Source: Candidatus Babelota bacterium (GTDB lineage: Bacteria > Babelota > Babeliae > Babelales > JAHIUU01). Taken from it: a stretch of DNA of 64,000 nt. The stretch is from the NCBI GenBank assembly GCA_018817025.1, contig JAHIUU010000007.1:75863-139862 (forward strand), read 5' to 3'. The notes below the pieces were generated by a model. That model was not told the origin of the DNA, ran no database searches, and worked only from the letters and a program-made list of their open reading frames with translations. Made by a program: the position numbers and the translations under genes. Below, in pieces: positions 1 to 9,892 of this stretch (positions within the stretch are counted from its first letter, which is position 1; each line of letters begins with the position of its first letter).

Positions 1-825
1 GAGCCCGACATATTTTGCTTTGCGAATATTCTGTGGTTTATCGATACCCATAAAATTAACCAAGATATGTGGTTGCCCAAAGTAGCCGAGGCCCCAACCA
101 AGAGACATTGCTAGCAGGTTGGTTATCGTTGTCCAAGAGTAATCTGGAATGAGTGAAAGCGATATATTCTTTGCCATGGCTGCCTGTGTGATCGTTCCGA
201 AGCCGCCAATCATATATAAGGCATACAGGGGGAATAGGGTAATGATTAGGAGGACAAACATGCCTTGCAAGAAGTCGTTCCATGCGATCGCGACAAAGCC
301 TCCCAAGATTGTGTAAAGTGCAACAGTGACGGTGCCAAGCATGATGCTGAGAAAATATGAAAAGCCAAATGTTGCTTCAAGTGCTCGTCCTAGGGCAACA
401 ATGCCTGCAGAAATATAGAGCGTAAAAAAGAAAAGTGCGAATAGTGCGCTTACGATTCGTATGGTACCGGAGCTGTCTTGAAACCGTTTTTCAAAGTATG
501 ACGATAGTGTTGGAGCTGCGTATTTTTCGGTTGTCCGGCGTAACTTTTCTGCAACAAACTGCCAGGTCAAAAACATGAAGAACAATAACCCGATGGCACT
601 CCAGCATGGAAACAGTCCAAAGCTATATACTGCGCCTGGCAGTGCCATGAAAAGCCACGCGCTCATGTCGGTTGCATGGGTTGCGATAGCGGTTACCCAG
701 TAGTTGATCGATCGGTTTCCGATCATGAAATCGCATGAGTTTCGTTGTCGTCTTGAAACGATCCATCCAATTACGATCAAAATCGAAATATAAATAAAAA
801 ACGAAGCAACGAAAAATATATTCAC
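1..825 (-). CDS. putP: Sodium/proline symporter (SSS family), 3' end runs off the window
   Basis: Not in the ORF track; translated by hand from GTG at 825 (AGAGGA RBS upstream): MNIFFVASFFIYISILIVIGW...DFMIGNRSINYWVTAIATHATDMSAWLFMALPG, matching the PutP N-terminal motif (SDMSGW-like). Confidence 0.88.
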   Translation of the reverse strand, partial: MNIFFVASFFIYISILIVIGWIVSRRQRNSCDFMIGNRSINYWVTAIATHATDMSAWLFMALPGAVYSFGLFPCWSAIGLLFFMFLTWQFVAEKLRRTTEKYAAPTLSSYFEKRFQDSSGTIRIVSALFALFFFTLYISAGIVALGRALEATFGFSYFLSIMLGTVTVALYTILGGFVAIAWNDFLQGMFVLLIITLFPLYALYMIGGFGTITQAAMAKNISLSLIPDYSWTTITNLLAMSLGWGLGYFGQPHILVNFMGIDKPQNIRKAKYVGL

Positions 826-886
826 AGCTCTGATTCCTCTGATTTTAGACGTTTAAAACCCAACTCTAATAATACCATATAATTGG

Positions 887-1987
887 TTAATAGTGCAAAA
901 AGCGTCTAATAGCGATGTTATTCAGGATTCCAAGGCTAGCGAGGGTTACCCAGAGGTTTGTTAGCCCGTAAGTAAGTAATGGGAGGGGGATACCAACAAT
1001 GGGGAGCATGCCGGTTACCATGCCGATATTAATTATTGTTGATAGTGCTATTGGGGCGAGCAGGCCTATTCCGATAAGTTGGTCCAGGATTTCATGGGCC
1101 CCAATGATGACAATAGTCAAACGAATGAATAAGAGCGAAAAAAGCAGCAAGATAAAAAGCGCTCCCATAAAGCCCCATTCTTCGCAAAGTACTGAGAAGA
1201 TAAAGTCAGTTCGAGCTTCTGGTAAAAAAGATAGGCGATTTTGGGTGCCCTGCAGCAGCCCTTTCCCCCAAACCCCCCCGGAACCGATAGCAATTTGCGA
1301 TTGCTCTATTTGATACCGTTCGTTTTTGCTGTCGCCATGGCCAAGCAAGACCAGGACACGATGTTGTTGGTATGGCTTTAAGTTTTTCCATAAAACAGGC
1401 GCGCTTATCAGGCAAGATAGAAATAGAAGTAAGAAGAATTTTTTTGGAATGTTTGCCAGCCAAAGCAGGATGAGGCCCGAAAATAATATGACGAGTGCGG
1501 TGCCAAGGTCCGGCTGTTTTAAGATAAGCATGAAGGTGATGAAGAGGAGTGCAAGGGGAAAGGTGAACGGTATTTTTTGTACGCATTGGTTTTTGCTGAT
1601 GTCGTCGAAATAAAATGCGTAGCAGAGCGGTAACGAGATTTTTACCAGCTCCGCCGGTTGAAAGGTGATGACATGGAGCGAGATCCAGCGCTTTGCGCCC
1701 ATGCCAACCCAGCCGCCGATTATGGTGTAGAGTAGTAGTGCGAGCACGCCAAAGTATCCCAGATATCCCCATCGAGCAAGTGTTTGCAGGTTAAAAAAAC
1801 AAAAGAAAAAGTAAATTATGATACCTATTGTTGCACCAAAAAGTTGTTTTTTGAAAAAGGGAGACAGCCCGACAGCGTCATGTGATTTTGTGGCACTGAA
1901 GACAAAAATCAGGCCTATCGCGAGAAGGGCGATTGTAAGGGCGAAACTAATCCAGTCGAAATAACGGAGGTATCTTCGGTCTATCAT
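887..1987 (-). CDS. rodA: Rod shape-determining protein RodA (SEDS peptidoglycan polymerase)
   Basis: Multi-TM; GAKRWI, FQPAELVK, KQPDLGT, AIGSGG, FLPEARTDFIF, VGIPLP motifs. Confidence 0.95.
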   Translation of the reverse strand: MIDRRYLRYFDWISFALTIALLAIGLIFVFSATKSHDAVGLSPFFKKQLFGATIGIIIYFFFCFFNLQTLARWGYLGYFGVLALLLYTIIGGWVGMGAKRWISLHVITFQPAELVKISLPLCYAFYFDDISKNQCVQKIPFTFPLALLFITFMLILKQPDLGTALVILFSGLILLWLANIPKKFFLLLFLSCLISAPVLWKNLKPYQQHRVLVLLGHGDSKNERYQIEQSQIAIGSGGVWGKGLLQGTQNRLSFLPEARTDFIFSVLCEEWGFMGALFILLLFSLLFIRLTIVIIGAHEILDQLIGIGLLAPIALSTIINIGMVTGMLPIVGIPLPLLTYGLTNLWVTLASLGILNNIAIRRFLHY

Positions 1988-2051
1988 GTTGTTATTGTAA
2001 CGTGACGGTTTGCTTGTTGCAACGAACTCTGTGGGTTGTTAAAATACATGC

Positions 2052-4772
2052 ATGATTCCAATAAAATTAGACCTAAAAAATTTTTTAAGTTACGGCGATT
2101 CGATAGTTACAATCGATTTCGAAGACCATGCTCTGATTTGTCTATCGGGCAAAAATGGCAATGGGAAGTCTGCGTTGCTTGATGCGATTACCTGGGCGTT
2201 ATGGGGGAATGCGAGAAAGGTTTCTGGGACGGCCAAGGCAGACGCCGGCTTGATGCGTCTTGGTCAGACTCGTATGATGGTTTCGTTGGAATTCTTTTGT
2301 AATGGTCAGCGGTATCGGGTGCGCCGGACCTTCGCCAAAACCTATGGTAAGCCTGTGTCGTCGCTCGATTTCGAACTGCACGATGAAAAGAAAGAAAAAT
2401 TTTCATCATTATCGGAAAGCACGACTCGTCAGACACAGGTAAAGATCGAGAAAATTGTAGGGCTTGATTTCGAGACATTCACCAACTCAGCGTTTCTACG
2501 TCAGGGGCAGTCAAACGAGTTCTCCCAAAAGACGCCCAAAGAGCGCAAGCAAATTTTAGCAAATATCCTTGGCCTTTCGCGATACGACGATCTAGCGAGG
2601 CTTTCGCTTGAGTATGCGCGTAAGTATAGTGACGAGCGCAAAGTTTTGCTTAAGGTGCAAGAGCAGGCTGCTCAAGAGCTTGAACAAAAAAAAGAGGTTG
2701 CGAGCTTGCTTGAGGTAAAGAAAAAAGAGATTTGTGAATTAAGTAAAGAGATAGGGGGTTTGTCAAAAAAAATAGAAAAAAAAGAGAAGTCAAAGCTCGA
2801 ACTCCTTCAACAGAAATACCAGCTTGAACAGGTAAAAAAAGAGCAGCAAGAATTAATAAGTATTGTTGGTGAAAAACGGGATGAGCTACATGATATTGTC
2901 CGTCAGTGGAAAACTGTGCATGCTTTGTCGCTAACATCTCCCGATATTGCAGCGCTAGAGTCTTTACAAAAGAGGCTTTTGTCTGAAGAGAAGGTTTTCC
3001 GGGAAAAACAGATGGGGGTTGTTTCTTTGCAAGAGCTAATTGTGGCGAAACAAGAAACATATCAAAGGTTGGTTATGGATTGTAAGCGGGCGTATGAGAA
3101 GTCGCTTGCCGAGCAGTCTTTGGTTTGCGAGAAGGCGCAGCTCGCACAAAAGCAGTTTGATGAACAGGTTTCTCAAAAAGAAAAACATATCGAACAGGAT
3201 AAAAAGAAGCTGTATGAAGCGAGAGAAAAAATAGCGATGCTTACGAAAGAGTTGGTTGACTATAAAGCGTTTCAGGAAGAGCATTTTCAGGTCAAAGCTC
3301 AATTCGAGAAGCGGCGCGTTTTCTATCAAAGTTTAGTGCAGCGGGGAAACTGGGCACAAAGTGAGCTTGTGGAGCTCGAGCAGAAAAAACATACGGTGCA
3401 GAGTGATACTAGTCCGAGTTGTCCGTTATGCGAGCAGGTGCTGACGATCAAGCGCAAACAATTTTTGGCGCGGACCTTTGTCAAGCAGGAAGCGTTTTAC
3501 CGCCATCGTCTTGACCGGATAAAGAGGCTCATGGGGACGTTGAAATTATTACTTTTCGAGCAGCATCAGACCGTTCAAAAGTTATCGTTGCAGGATGAAC
3601 GGTTCAAGCAGTTTCAAGCGAACCTTGAGGCGCTTTGCAAGCAGGTTGTCGAGATGGAGGCTGAGCATAAGCGTGTTTCTATCGAGCTTGATTTATTGTG
3701 CGTTCGCAAGCGACAGGGTGAAGTCGAGGTTGCCGGGTTGCGTAAAGCACTCGAAAAAAAACAGGCTGAAGGGAGTGGTGTCGAGCTTCAGGACGCGCAG
3801 GTGAAATCGATAGAAAAAGAGTTAAGTTCGCTCAAGCAGAAACAAGACAAGATTTTGTATGACAAAGTGGCGCATGATCGACTGGCCAAAAAGCTAAGCG
3901 ATTGTGAGAAGAAGTTACGTGAGCTGGACGAATTTAAGAGCAAGGTTGGGCTGCAGGATGAGCGCAAGCGGTCGGTTTCTCGATTGTGTCGCGAGCTAAA
4001 ACTTCTTAATAAGCAGTCATGTGTGCTTGATAAAAAACAGAAGATTATTTTTTACAAACCAGAACAGGAGCTTGAGCTTGATCGAGACTTACAAGAGCTC
4101 AAGACAAGCATGCAGTCGTCTGGGAAGAGCAAAGAGAAGTTGCTTCAAGAAAAGGGTAGTCTAGAGAATAAGATTCAGCGCTTTAAATTTTTGGAAAAAG
4201 AAAAAAGCGAGCGTGATAAAAAGATTGAGCAGGTTGCCCTAGAAGCGAAAGAGTATCAGGTGCTCGCCGGGGTGTTTGGCAAAGACGGGATTCAGGCGTT
4301 GTTGATTGAACAGGCGATTCCTGAGGTTGAGTCTGAAGCAAACAGTTTGCTTGCCCGCCTGACTGATAATGGGTCTCAAATTTTTATCGAATCGTTACGA
4401 GACTTAAAGAAGGGCGGAGTTAAAGAGTCGCTCGACATACACATATCTGATTCAAGCGGTATTCGACCATATGAGATGTTTTCTGGTGGAGAGGCGTTTC
4501 GGATCGACTTTGCTCTTCGTATTGCAATTTCGAAACTTTTGGCACGACGTGCAGGGACCGCGCTGCAGACGTTAATTATTGACGAGGGCTTTGGCTCTCA
4601 GGATGAAGATGGCTTACAGCGTTTAATGGATGCGATTCATGCGATTCAAAAAGATTTTGTAAAAATTATCGTTGTGTCTCATCTGCCAATTTTCAAAGAC
4701 AACTTTCCTGTTCACTTCGTGATCGAAAAAAATTCACTTGGTTCGTCTGTTCGAGTTGAAGAACGGGGGTGA
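2052..4772 (+). CDS. sbcC: SbcC/Rad50-like SMC-family ATPase
   Basis: Walker A GKNGNGKS, long coiled coil with central CPLC zinc hook, signature FSGGE, Walker B LIIDEGFGSQD, H-loop VSH. No sbcD in the window. Confidence 0.9.
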   Translation: MIPIKLDLKNFLSYGDSIVTIDFEDHALICLSGKNGNGKSALLDAITWALWGNARKVSGTAKADAGLMRLGQTRMMVSLEFFCNGQRYRVRRTFAKTYGKPVSSLDFELHDEKKEKFSSLSESTTRQTQVKIEKIVGLDFETFTNSAFLRQGQSNEFSQKTPKERKQILANILGLSRYDDLARLSLEYARKYSDERKVLLKVQEQAAQELEQKKEVASLLEVKKKEICELSKEIGGLSKKIEKKEKSKLELLQQKYQLEQVKKEQQELISIVGEKRDELHDIVRQWKTVHALSLTSPDIAALESLQKRLLSEEKVFREKQMGVVSLQELIVAKQETYQRLVMDCKRAYEKSLAEQSLVCEKAQLAQKQFDEQVSQKEKHIEQDKKKLYEAREKIAMLTKELVDYKAFQEEHFQVKAQFEKRRVFYQSLVQRGNWAQSELVELEQKKHTVQSDTSPSCPLCEQVLTIKRKQFLARTFVKQEAFYRHRLDRIKRLMGTLKLLLFEQHQTVQKLSLQDERFKQFQANLEALCKQVVEMEAEHKRVSIELDLLCVRKRQGEVEVAGLRKALEKKQAEGSGVELQDAQVKSIEKELSSLKQKQDKILYDKVAHDRLAKKLSDCEKKLRELDEFKSKVGLQDERKRSVSRLCRELKLLNKQSCVLDKKQKIIFYKPEQELELDRDLQELKTSMQSSGKSKEKLLQEKGSLENKIQRFKFLEKEKSERDKKIEQVALEAKEYQVLAGVFGKDGIQALLIEQAIPEVESEANSLLARLTDNGSQIFIESLRDLKKGGVKESLDIHISDSSGIRPYEMFSGGEAFRIDFALRIAISKLLARRAGTALQTLIIDEGFGSQDEDGLQRLMDAIHAIQKDFVKIIVVSHLPIFKDNFPVHFVIEKNSLGSSVRVEERG

Positions 4773-4875
4773 TGGTCGACCGTTTCACATTTACGCCTAG
4801 GGCTTCCCTTCGGGGGTTTTAAGGGCGGGTTACCCAAGGCTGGCAGTCGCCCTGCAAAGATAGTATTCCCAAGTT

Positions 4876-4933
4876 CCGTTCGTCCCGAGTGGTTTTCGAA
4901 GTCCGTTAGGACGAGAAAATTGTATCGAGGGAT
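4876..4933. repeat. Palindromic REP-like repeat, copy A
   Basis: ccgttcgtcccgagtggttttcgaagtccgttaggacgagaaaattgtatcgagggat; 57/58 identical to 5588-5645. Confidence 0.9.
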
Positions 4934-4944
4934 GAATCATACAT

Positions 4945-5232
4945 CTATTTATCAAAGTTTTTTTTGGCGAGCGCAGAAAGTTTTTGCCAATTATTTTCAA
5001 TAAGGGCCTCTTTCTTTTTTCTAGACCAGGTTTTAATTTTTTGTTCAGCAGATAAAGCTTCGTGTCTTGATGAACAATGTTGTGCGTAAACAAGTTTTAT
5101 GGGACGTCGAGACAATGTATAGCAATCAAATCTTCCACCTCTGTGCTCAGCGATTCGTTTTTCAAGGTCGTCTGTGTGTCCCGTGTAGTAAGATCCGTCT
5201 GAGCACTTTAAAATGTAAACAAAAAAATACAT
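4945..5232 (-). CDS. Small stand-alone GIY-YIG nuclease family protein (YhbQ/UPF0213-like), about 95 aa
   Basis: Likely ATG at 5232: MYFFVYILKCSDGSYYTGHTDDLEKRIAEH...EALSAEQKIKTWSRKKKEALI; VYIL/YTG, conserved R, H and E. Confidence 0.9.
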   Translation of the reverse strand: MYFFVYILKCSDGSYYTGHTDDLEKRIAEHRGGRFDCYTLSRRPIKLVYAQHCSSRHEALSAEQKIKTWSRKKKEALIENNWQKLSALAKKNFDK

Positions 5233-5262
5233 TCTTTTCCTCGAGTTCAGAAAAACTTTCAA

Positions 5263-5317
5263 CCCCTCGATATATTCCCCTTCGCATAAAGCTTCGGGGG
5301 ACACTCGCGGTGAGCGG
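5263..5317. repeat. REP-like repeat, copy B (inverted relative to A and C)
   Basis: cccctcgatat...ccttcgcataaagcttcgg...cactcgcggtgagcgg shares both ends with the reverse complement of copy A. Confidence 0.75.
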
Positions 5318-5478
5318 GATAGGGATGAATGGACTATTTAAAGTCATTATATTTTAAATCAACTCAATTTGACAGAGTGCTTTGTTTGAAATTTTGTTTT
5401 AGGCGTGCCAACTTGCTGATTGCCCAGTTGTGTCGGTTGCCGCCCCCCAGTCAGTTAGTTTTTAACCTGCTCGTCCCG

Positions 5479-5584
5479 CACCCGTTCGTCCTCTCCTGTC
5501 AGACGCAGCCCAACAAAGAAAGTATTGCCCACACCCGTTCGTCCTCTCCTGTCAGACGCAGCCCAACAAAGAAAGTATTGCCCA
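5479..5584. repeat. 53-bp perfect tandem duplication (2 copies) running into repeat copy C
   Basis: cacccgttcgtcctctcctgtcagacgcagcccaacaaagaaagtattgccca starts at 5479 and 5532; a third start at 5585 continues into copy C. Confidence 0.9.
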
Positions 5585-5587
5585 CAC

Positions 5588-5645
5588 CCGTTTGTCCCGA
5601 GTGGTTTTCGAAGTCCGTTAGGACGAGAAAATTGTATCGAGGGAT
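5588..5645. repeat. REP-like repeat, copy C
   Basis: Near-identical direct repeat of 4876-4933. Confidence 0.9.
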
Positions 5646-5733
5646 TCGAACACATACATTTGATTTGTAGTCGCTCAATCGATTGTAAAACTGGAGTTCT
5701 TGTTAGGGGCCGAAATCCTGGTCCTGCTGCTAA

Positions 5734-6540
5734 CTATAGGCCCTGCATCTCGATCTCACGAATTAACTCTTCTAGCAGGCTGTCTGGCAAGTCGTCAGAT
5801 TGTTCGGCGTCACCGACAGGCGATCGGGTTAGGATTTGGCAGGCAAGAGGGTTTCTTTGGATGAGTTGTTCAAGCTTGATTAGCTTGCGAAATGTTTCTT
5901 TGATTGTGGCGTCTTGTTTGGCGACATGAGACACCTCTTTTTTGACTGTAGTCAGTTCGCTTTTGAGTCGCTCGATTTGACAGGCTATTTTTTTAAGCAT
6001 CAAAAGGTTGACGACGTTTTCTCGGTTCGAATACTGAGTTTTGTTTTTTAGGATCTCTCGTTTTTCGATCATGCGCTTTTCGTCTAGCGATTGGTCGGTT
6101 GGTTGGTCATACTCGATTGTAGATTGGGTATCTTCGGTCTCGTTTGTTTCTTCTATGAGAGATGCTTCTGGCTGAGGTGCGACGATCGCTTCGTAGCGAG
6201 CGAGTAGGCTGGTTAGGACGTTGGCGTGGTCGATTGATTTGAGTTTGCTGTTGGCGATGGCTGTTGAGAGGAGGGTTTTGAAAGCGAGTTTTATTCTGAT
6301 TTCTTTACTGTCGAGACAGAGTTGATGAAGAAAGGCGATTTTACGAATAAATTTCTTTGAGAGACGGGTGGAGTCGCTAGGGGTTATCTGTTTGGCGATG
6401 TTTTGATAGGCAGCAATACGGTCGAATGGGTTGGTGAGGTTGGTTGTGTTGGAGAGGTCCTCGGAGAAGTTGAAAGGGGCCAATTGGGTAGTGATGGTTA
6501 TGAGAAAAAAGTAAGATAGTTTTTTTATCATGTTTATCAT
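5734..6540 (-). CDS. Hypothetical exported helical/coiled-coil protein
   Basis: N-terminal MIKKLSYFFLITITTQLAP signal-like segment, AGGAG RBS, last gene of a co-oriented run. Confidence 0.7.
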   Translation of the reverse strand: MINMIKKLSYFFLITITTQLAPFNFSEDLSNTTNLTNPFDRIAAYQNIAKQITPSDSTRLSKKFIRKIAFLHQLCLDSKEIRIKLAFKTLLSTAIANSKLKSIDHANVLTSLLARYEAIVAPQPEASLIEETNETEDTQSTIEYDQPTDQSLDEKRMIEKREILKNKTQYSNRENVVNLLMLKKIACQIERLKSELTTVKKEVSHVAKQDATIKETFRKLIKLEQLIQRNPLACQILTRSPVGDAEQSDDLPDSLLEELIREIEMQGL

Positions 6541-6559
6541 GACTTTCTCCTTTAGGGGG

Positions 6560-9500
6560 CTATGGGAATAATTTGTATGGTTTGACGCCTTTGAGCAGCT
6601 TGTTTGATTCTATTTTTCTTCCTGTGCAAGTTTTCTTGTTATCTCGATCGTTGAAGACTTCAGTAACAACGTTAGTAGTTTGGTATTGCTTTCTCAACTC
6701 TTTTTTTTGAGTTTCTATCTGGTTTTTTTTCTGGTTAAACGTTTCTGTTTTTGTTCTAAAGGTTTCTTCTAACCATTTTTCATACGTGATAAGATTCGTA
6801 CGGTCTTTTGAGTCTAAGGGGCCTTTTGTATTACGCTTATGCTGTAGCTTTGTCACCTTGTTAAAAACTTTTGCGTGTATTTTCGATAACTCTTTTGAGC
6901 GCTTGAGTTTTTTACGATTGGTTGTTTTTTGTTTATAGATATCTTTAAAACGTTCCAGGGCCCTATCTATGGCTTGTATATAACGTGTTCTTGCGGCATC
7001 ATTTGTTCTTAGGGCCGTAAGACTTTTTGATGGGATTCCTAGGGTTTTTTCTGTGAATTTTGTGATCGCTTTGCGAATAGTGTTTTTTTGCTTTTTAACG
7101 TATTCAGGAGAGACTTTATTTATGAATTCCTCCAGGGCTTTGACTCTATTGACAATTTCTTCTGTTTTCTCTATCACGTAGAGTTCGACCGGTGGGTACA
7201 TGGCGTTTTGGGTGGCCTCTGTTTGGTCGAGAGCGTCAGGATTGATCAGATATTCTGTTATGTTCTTTTTTACTTTTTCAATTTGTTTCTTGATTCCCCT
7301 TCGATACTTTTTCAGGGTGTCGAAAGATGGGGAGAGCCCATCGACATCGATCTTGCTTAACTTTTTGTTGAGCACATAAAGAAGGGCAAGATATTTTTTG
7401 GCAGCGTCTTTGGCGTCTTCAAGGGACATTCTTTTTGTGGTGCCGCCCGTTGCCAGTCGCGTCACAACAGATCGTATGCTTTTTTTAATTTTGGACCTGA
7501 TGTTGTCGCATTCTTTTAGGTATTGCTCAAGGTACTTTGGGCGGCCAAGGTTGTCTGTTTTGAGTTGGTGTGCTATCCATAACAGTTTTTCTACCCGACC
7601 TTTAAAATTTCGTGGATCTGATGATTTATCTTCGAGAGAAACCTTTATAAGACCTCCTTCTGGTTTGAGAGAAACCTTTATAGGTTCGAGAGGAACCGTT
7701 TTATCTACAAGATTAGGTGTTCGTTTTTTGAGTGACGCAACTCGTTTGCCTTTTATGGTCGTAGAGACTTTTCCTATGACGTCATACAGTTCAGATTCCA
7801 GATAAAAGCCGTCTTTAAGCCATTGCTCTATGGATGTGAGGAAATCTGCAGGTTTGGCGAGCGTGACGATCTTTAGGCCGGCAGAGCTGAACAGGCCGGG
7901 TTCTTTGTCGAGTTCGGCTATCGTTTTTGTTCCGGGATCGATTTTTAGAGAGAGCGCTTCTTTGGCAAGATTCGATAGCTTTATATTGTATTTCTTATCT
8001 TCTTCGTAGGTGGTGCTGAGCATTCTTTTGCGTGCATTTTTATAGAGCTTGATAATAAGCGCACGAAGAGTATATGCACTATGTTCGGTTAGATAGAAAA
8101 TATCATCTCCAGTCTTTTCCGATGGTTTTTCTGCTCGTTTTGCGGTCTCTGTTTCGACGGCGAAGTTGGCTATGTTTTTTAAGGACTGATTTTCTTCTTC
8201 TCCAAACTCTGTTTTTTGGTTGGATGTTGGGGGTGTTGTTGGTGATGGGGTTTGTGCTTTTTTAACTTGGCTTACGAGTTCTAAGGCGTTATCGAGTTGC
8301 AGGTTGGCTTCCTCAGGCTTGTTATACGGAGCTTGCTTTATCGTTTTAACCTCACTGTCAAAATCGAGGCCTGTTCTCGCAAAAAATTGAATAGGATTAA
8401 GGTACACTCTAATTTTCCAGGTATCTGCCTTTATCCTCATGATAAATTTATTACCATATATTACGTACATAAGTTTTCGGAACTCTTCTCCAATTTCTTT
8501 TGCTAGTCTTCTTTTTTCATCGGGGTTTGATGCAAATAGTGGGTTGAGAGGATATGCCTTAGGGTTTGCCCATGCCGCGATGTTCTTGTGAACGGTATAG
8601 ACCGCGTTAGCAAATTTTTTGAGATTAGATTTTGGGTTTGTTTTAACGGTTACAGAGTTTATTTTTGTAGCCAATATGATGAGCCTGTCGATAATAAGGC
8701 TGAGATCAGCAAGGCTTGTTGGGCCTTGAGAATTTCTTATTACGATGCCACGAAGTGCATTTTTTCCGGCGCGATTCGTTTTTGCCCATTTTAGATCTTT
8801 TTTAATATCAAGACTTTTGAACGTGAAGGCTGCTTCGTTCAGATGCCACAAAGTTAGTTTGTCAAAGATTTTTTTAAGATATTTATTTTTGACAACTAAA
8901 GCCAATAGATTGCCATATTGGACTATGGTATAATTAGAAGCTTTGTCGCCATGAAAGTACTCCTTTGAAAATTTTTCGTGTGTAAAGTTAATACTTCCGC
9001 TAGCGGGGATGTTTTTCTCCTCAGCAATAAGGTTGGGTAAGTTGAGCAGTTCGGCTCTGAGCTCATCGAATGGCTCACGTCTCTCTATTAATCCTATTTC
9101 TCTTATTCGCGCTCCGCTTGGAGAGATTGTTTCCTTAAGTCTCCCCTCTCGCTGCAATTCAATATTGGGAAGAGGACCTTTTACTGTTTTTACCAAATCA
9201 CTTAGGGCTGCTATTCTGGCTGAGAGATTGTCTAATTTCTTTGCATCATCAAGCTTTAAGATAAAATCTTTCGAGGCTTCCTCGTTTTTTTTGGTAAGTT
9301 TTGGCGGTTTGATCGTAGGCTGTTGGCTAATCATCGGTGGGCTCGCCGGTATGCCCACTGTTGGAGCATATCCTGGGGTTGGAGCATATCCTGGGGTTGG
9401 AGCATATCCTGGGGTTGGGGCTTGTGGTGTGTAGGGTGATACGCCTTCGATCTCTTCTTCAGGGGGTTTCTTAGAGATTTTCCTCAATTCAGGTTCTTTC

Positions 9501-9892
9501 TCTTCTTCAGGCTCTTTCTCTTCTACGGGTTTTTTCTCTTCTACTGGCTCTTTCTCTTCTACGGGCTCTTTCTCTTCTTCAGGCTCTTCTTCTATTGTTT
9601 TGGTAGTAACAGGCTGAAGTTCACTTGGTACTTGTTCTTCAGCAAAAGGAGCTTCCCGTTTTTCTTCTATGTAGCGTTCTAGCTGGTTTAGAATTTCTGT
9701 TTGTTTGTTTATGTTTGTTGTTACTTCCAATTGGTCCAGTGTTTTTGTGAGAGTATCAAGGTTTTTTGTGTTAACGGCCTCGATTTTATGCCACTCTTCG
9801 GTTGCTTTTTCGATATGGTCCAAGAGATCAATTGAGTATAATAGCGGTGACATGCTGATTGTGAAAAGGAACAATAATAACCCGCTTGTCAT
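6560..9892 (-). CDS. Large (1110 aa) hypothetical exported Lys/Glu-rich protein with EEKEP and APTPGY repeats
   Basis: Long uninterrupted ORF, hydrophobic N-terminus, start overlaps the upstream stop (9889-9892). Confidence 0.8.
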   Translation of the reverse strand: MTSGLLLFLFTISMSPLLYSIDLLDHIEKATEEWHKIEAVNTKNLDTLTKTLDQLEVTTNINKQTEILNQLERYIEEKREAPFAEEQVPSELQPVTTKTIEEEPEEEKEPVEEKEPVEEKKPVEEKEPEEEKEPELRKISKKPPEEEIEGVSPYTPQAPTPGYAPTPGYAPTPGYAPTVGIPASPPMISQQPTIKPPKLTKKNEEASKDFILKLDDAKKLDNLSARIAALSDLVKTVKGPLPNIELQREGRLKETISPSGARIREIGLIERREPFDELRAELLNLPNLIAEEKNIPASGSINFTHEKFSKEYFHGDKASNYTIVQYGNLLALVVKNKYLKKIFDKLTLWHLNEAAFTFKSLDIKKDLKWAKTNRAGKNALRGIVIRNSQGPTSLADLSLIIDRLIILATKINSVTVKTNPKSNLKKFANAVYTVHKNIAAWANPKAYPLNPLFASNPDEKRRLAKEIGEEFRKLMYVIYGNKFIMRIKADTWKIRVYLNPIQFFARTGLDFDSEVKTIKQAPYNKPEEANLQLDNALELVSQVKKAQTPSPTTPPTSNQKTEFGEEENQSLKNIANFAVETETAKRAEKPSEKTGDDIFYLTEHSAYTLRALIIKLYKNARKRMLSTTYEEDKKYNIKLSNLAKEALSLKIDPGTKTIAELDKEPGLFSSAGLKIVTLAKPADFLTSIEQWLKDGFYLESELYDVIGKVSTTIKGKRVASLKKRTPNLVDKTVPLEPIKVSLKPEGGLIKVSLEDKSSDPRNFKGRVEKLLWIAHQLKTDNLGRPKYLEQYLKECDNIRSKIKKSIRSVVTRLATGGTTKRMSLEDAKDAAKKYLALLYVLNKKLSKIDVDGLSPSFDTLKKYRRGIKKQIEKVKKNITEYLINPDALDQTEATQNAMYPPVELYVIEKTEEIVNRVKALEEFINKVSPEYVKKQKNTIRKAITKFTEKTLGIPSKSLTALRTNDAARTRYIQAIDRALERFKDIYKQKTTNRKKLKRSKELSKIHAKVFNKVTKLQHKRNTKGPLDSKDRTNLITYEKWLEETFRTKTETFNQKKNQIETQKKELRKQYQTTNVVTEVFNDRDNKKTCTGRKIESNKLLKGVKPYKLFP
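9360..9418. repeat. 18-bp perfect coding tandem repeat x3 (APTPGY)
   Basis: gttggagcatatcctggg at 9360, 9378 and 9396. Confidence 0.95.
9491..9591. repeat. 18-bp imperfect coding tandem repeat, about 5 copies (EEKEPV/E)
   Basis: Recurring ggctctttctcttct(a/t)c units; the protein reads EEKEPVEEKEPVEEKKPVEEKEPEEEKEPE. Confidence 0.85.

Noticed and set aside
5479-5645. Possible CRISPR array
   Set aside because: The units are a full 53-bp duplication with no unique spacers, and there are no cas genes in the window.
4876-5645. Classical insertion sequence
   Set aside because: No DDE, HUH or recombinase motif, and no terminal inverted repeats with a target-site duplication.
4830-5929. Short ORFs 4830-5093, 5329-5670, 5455-5655 and 5525-5929
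   Set aside because: They read through repeats or lie antisense to real genes; the shared peptide PSIQFSRPNGLRKPLGTNG is just the translated repeat.
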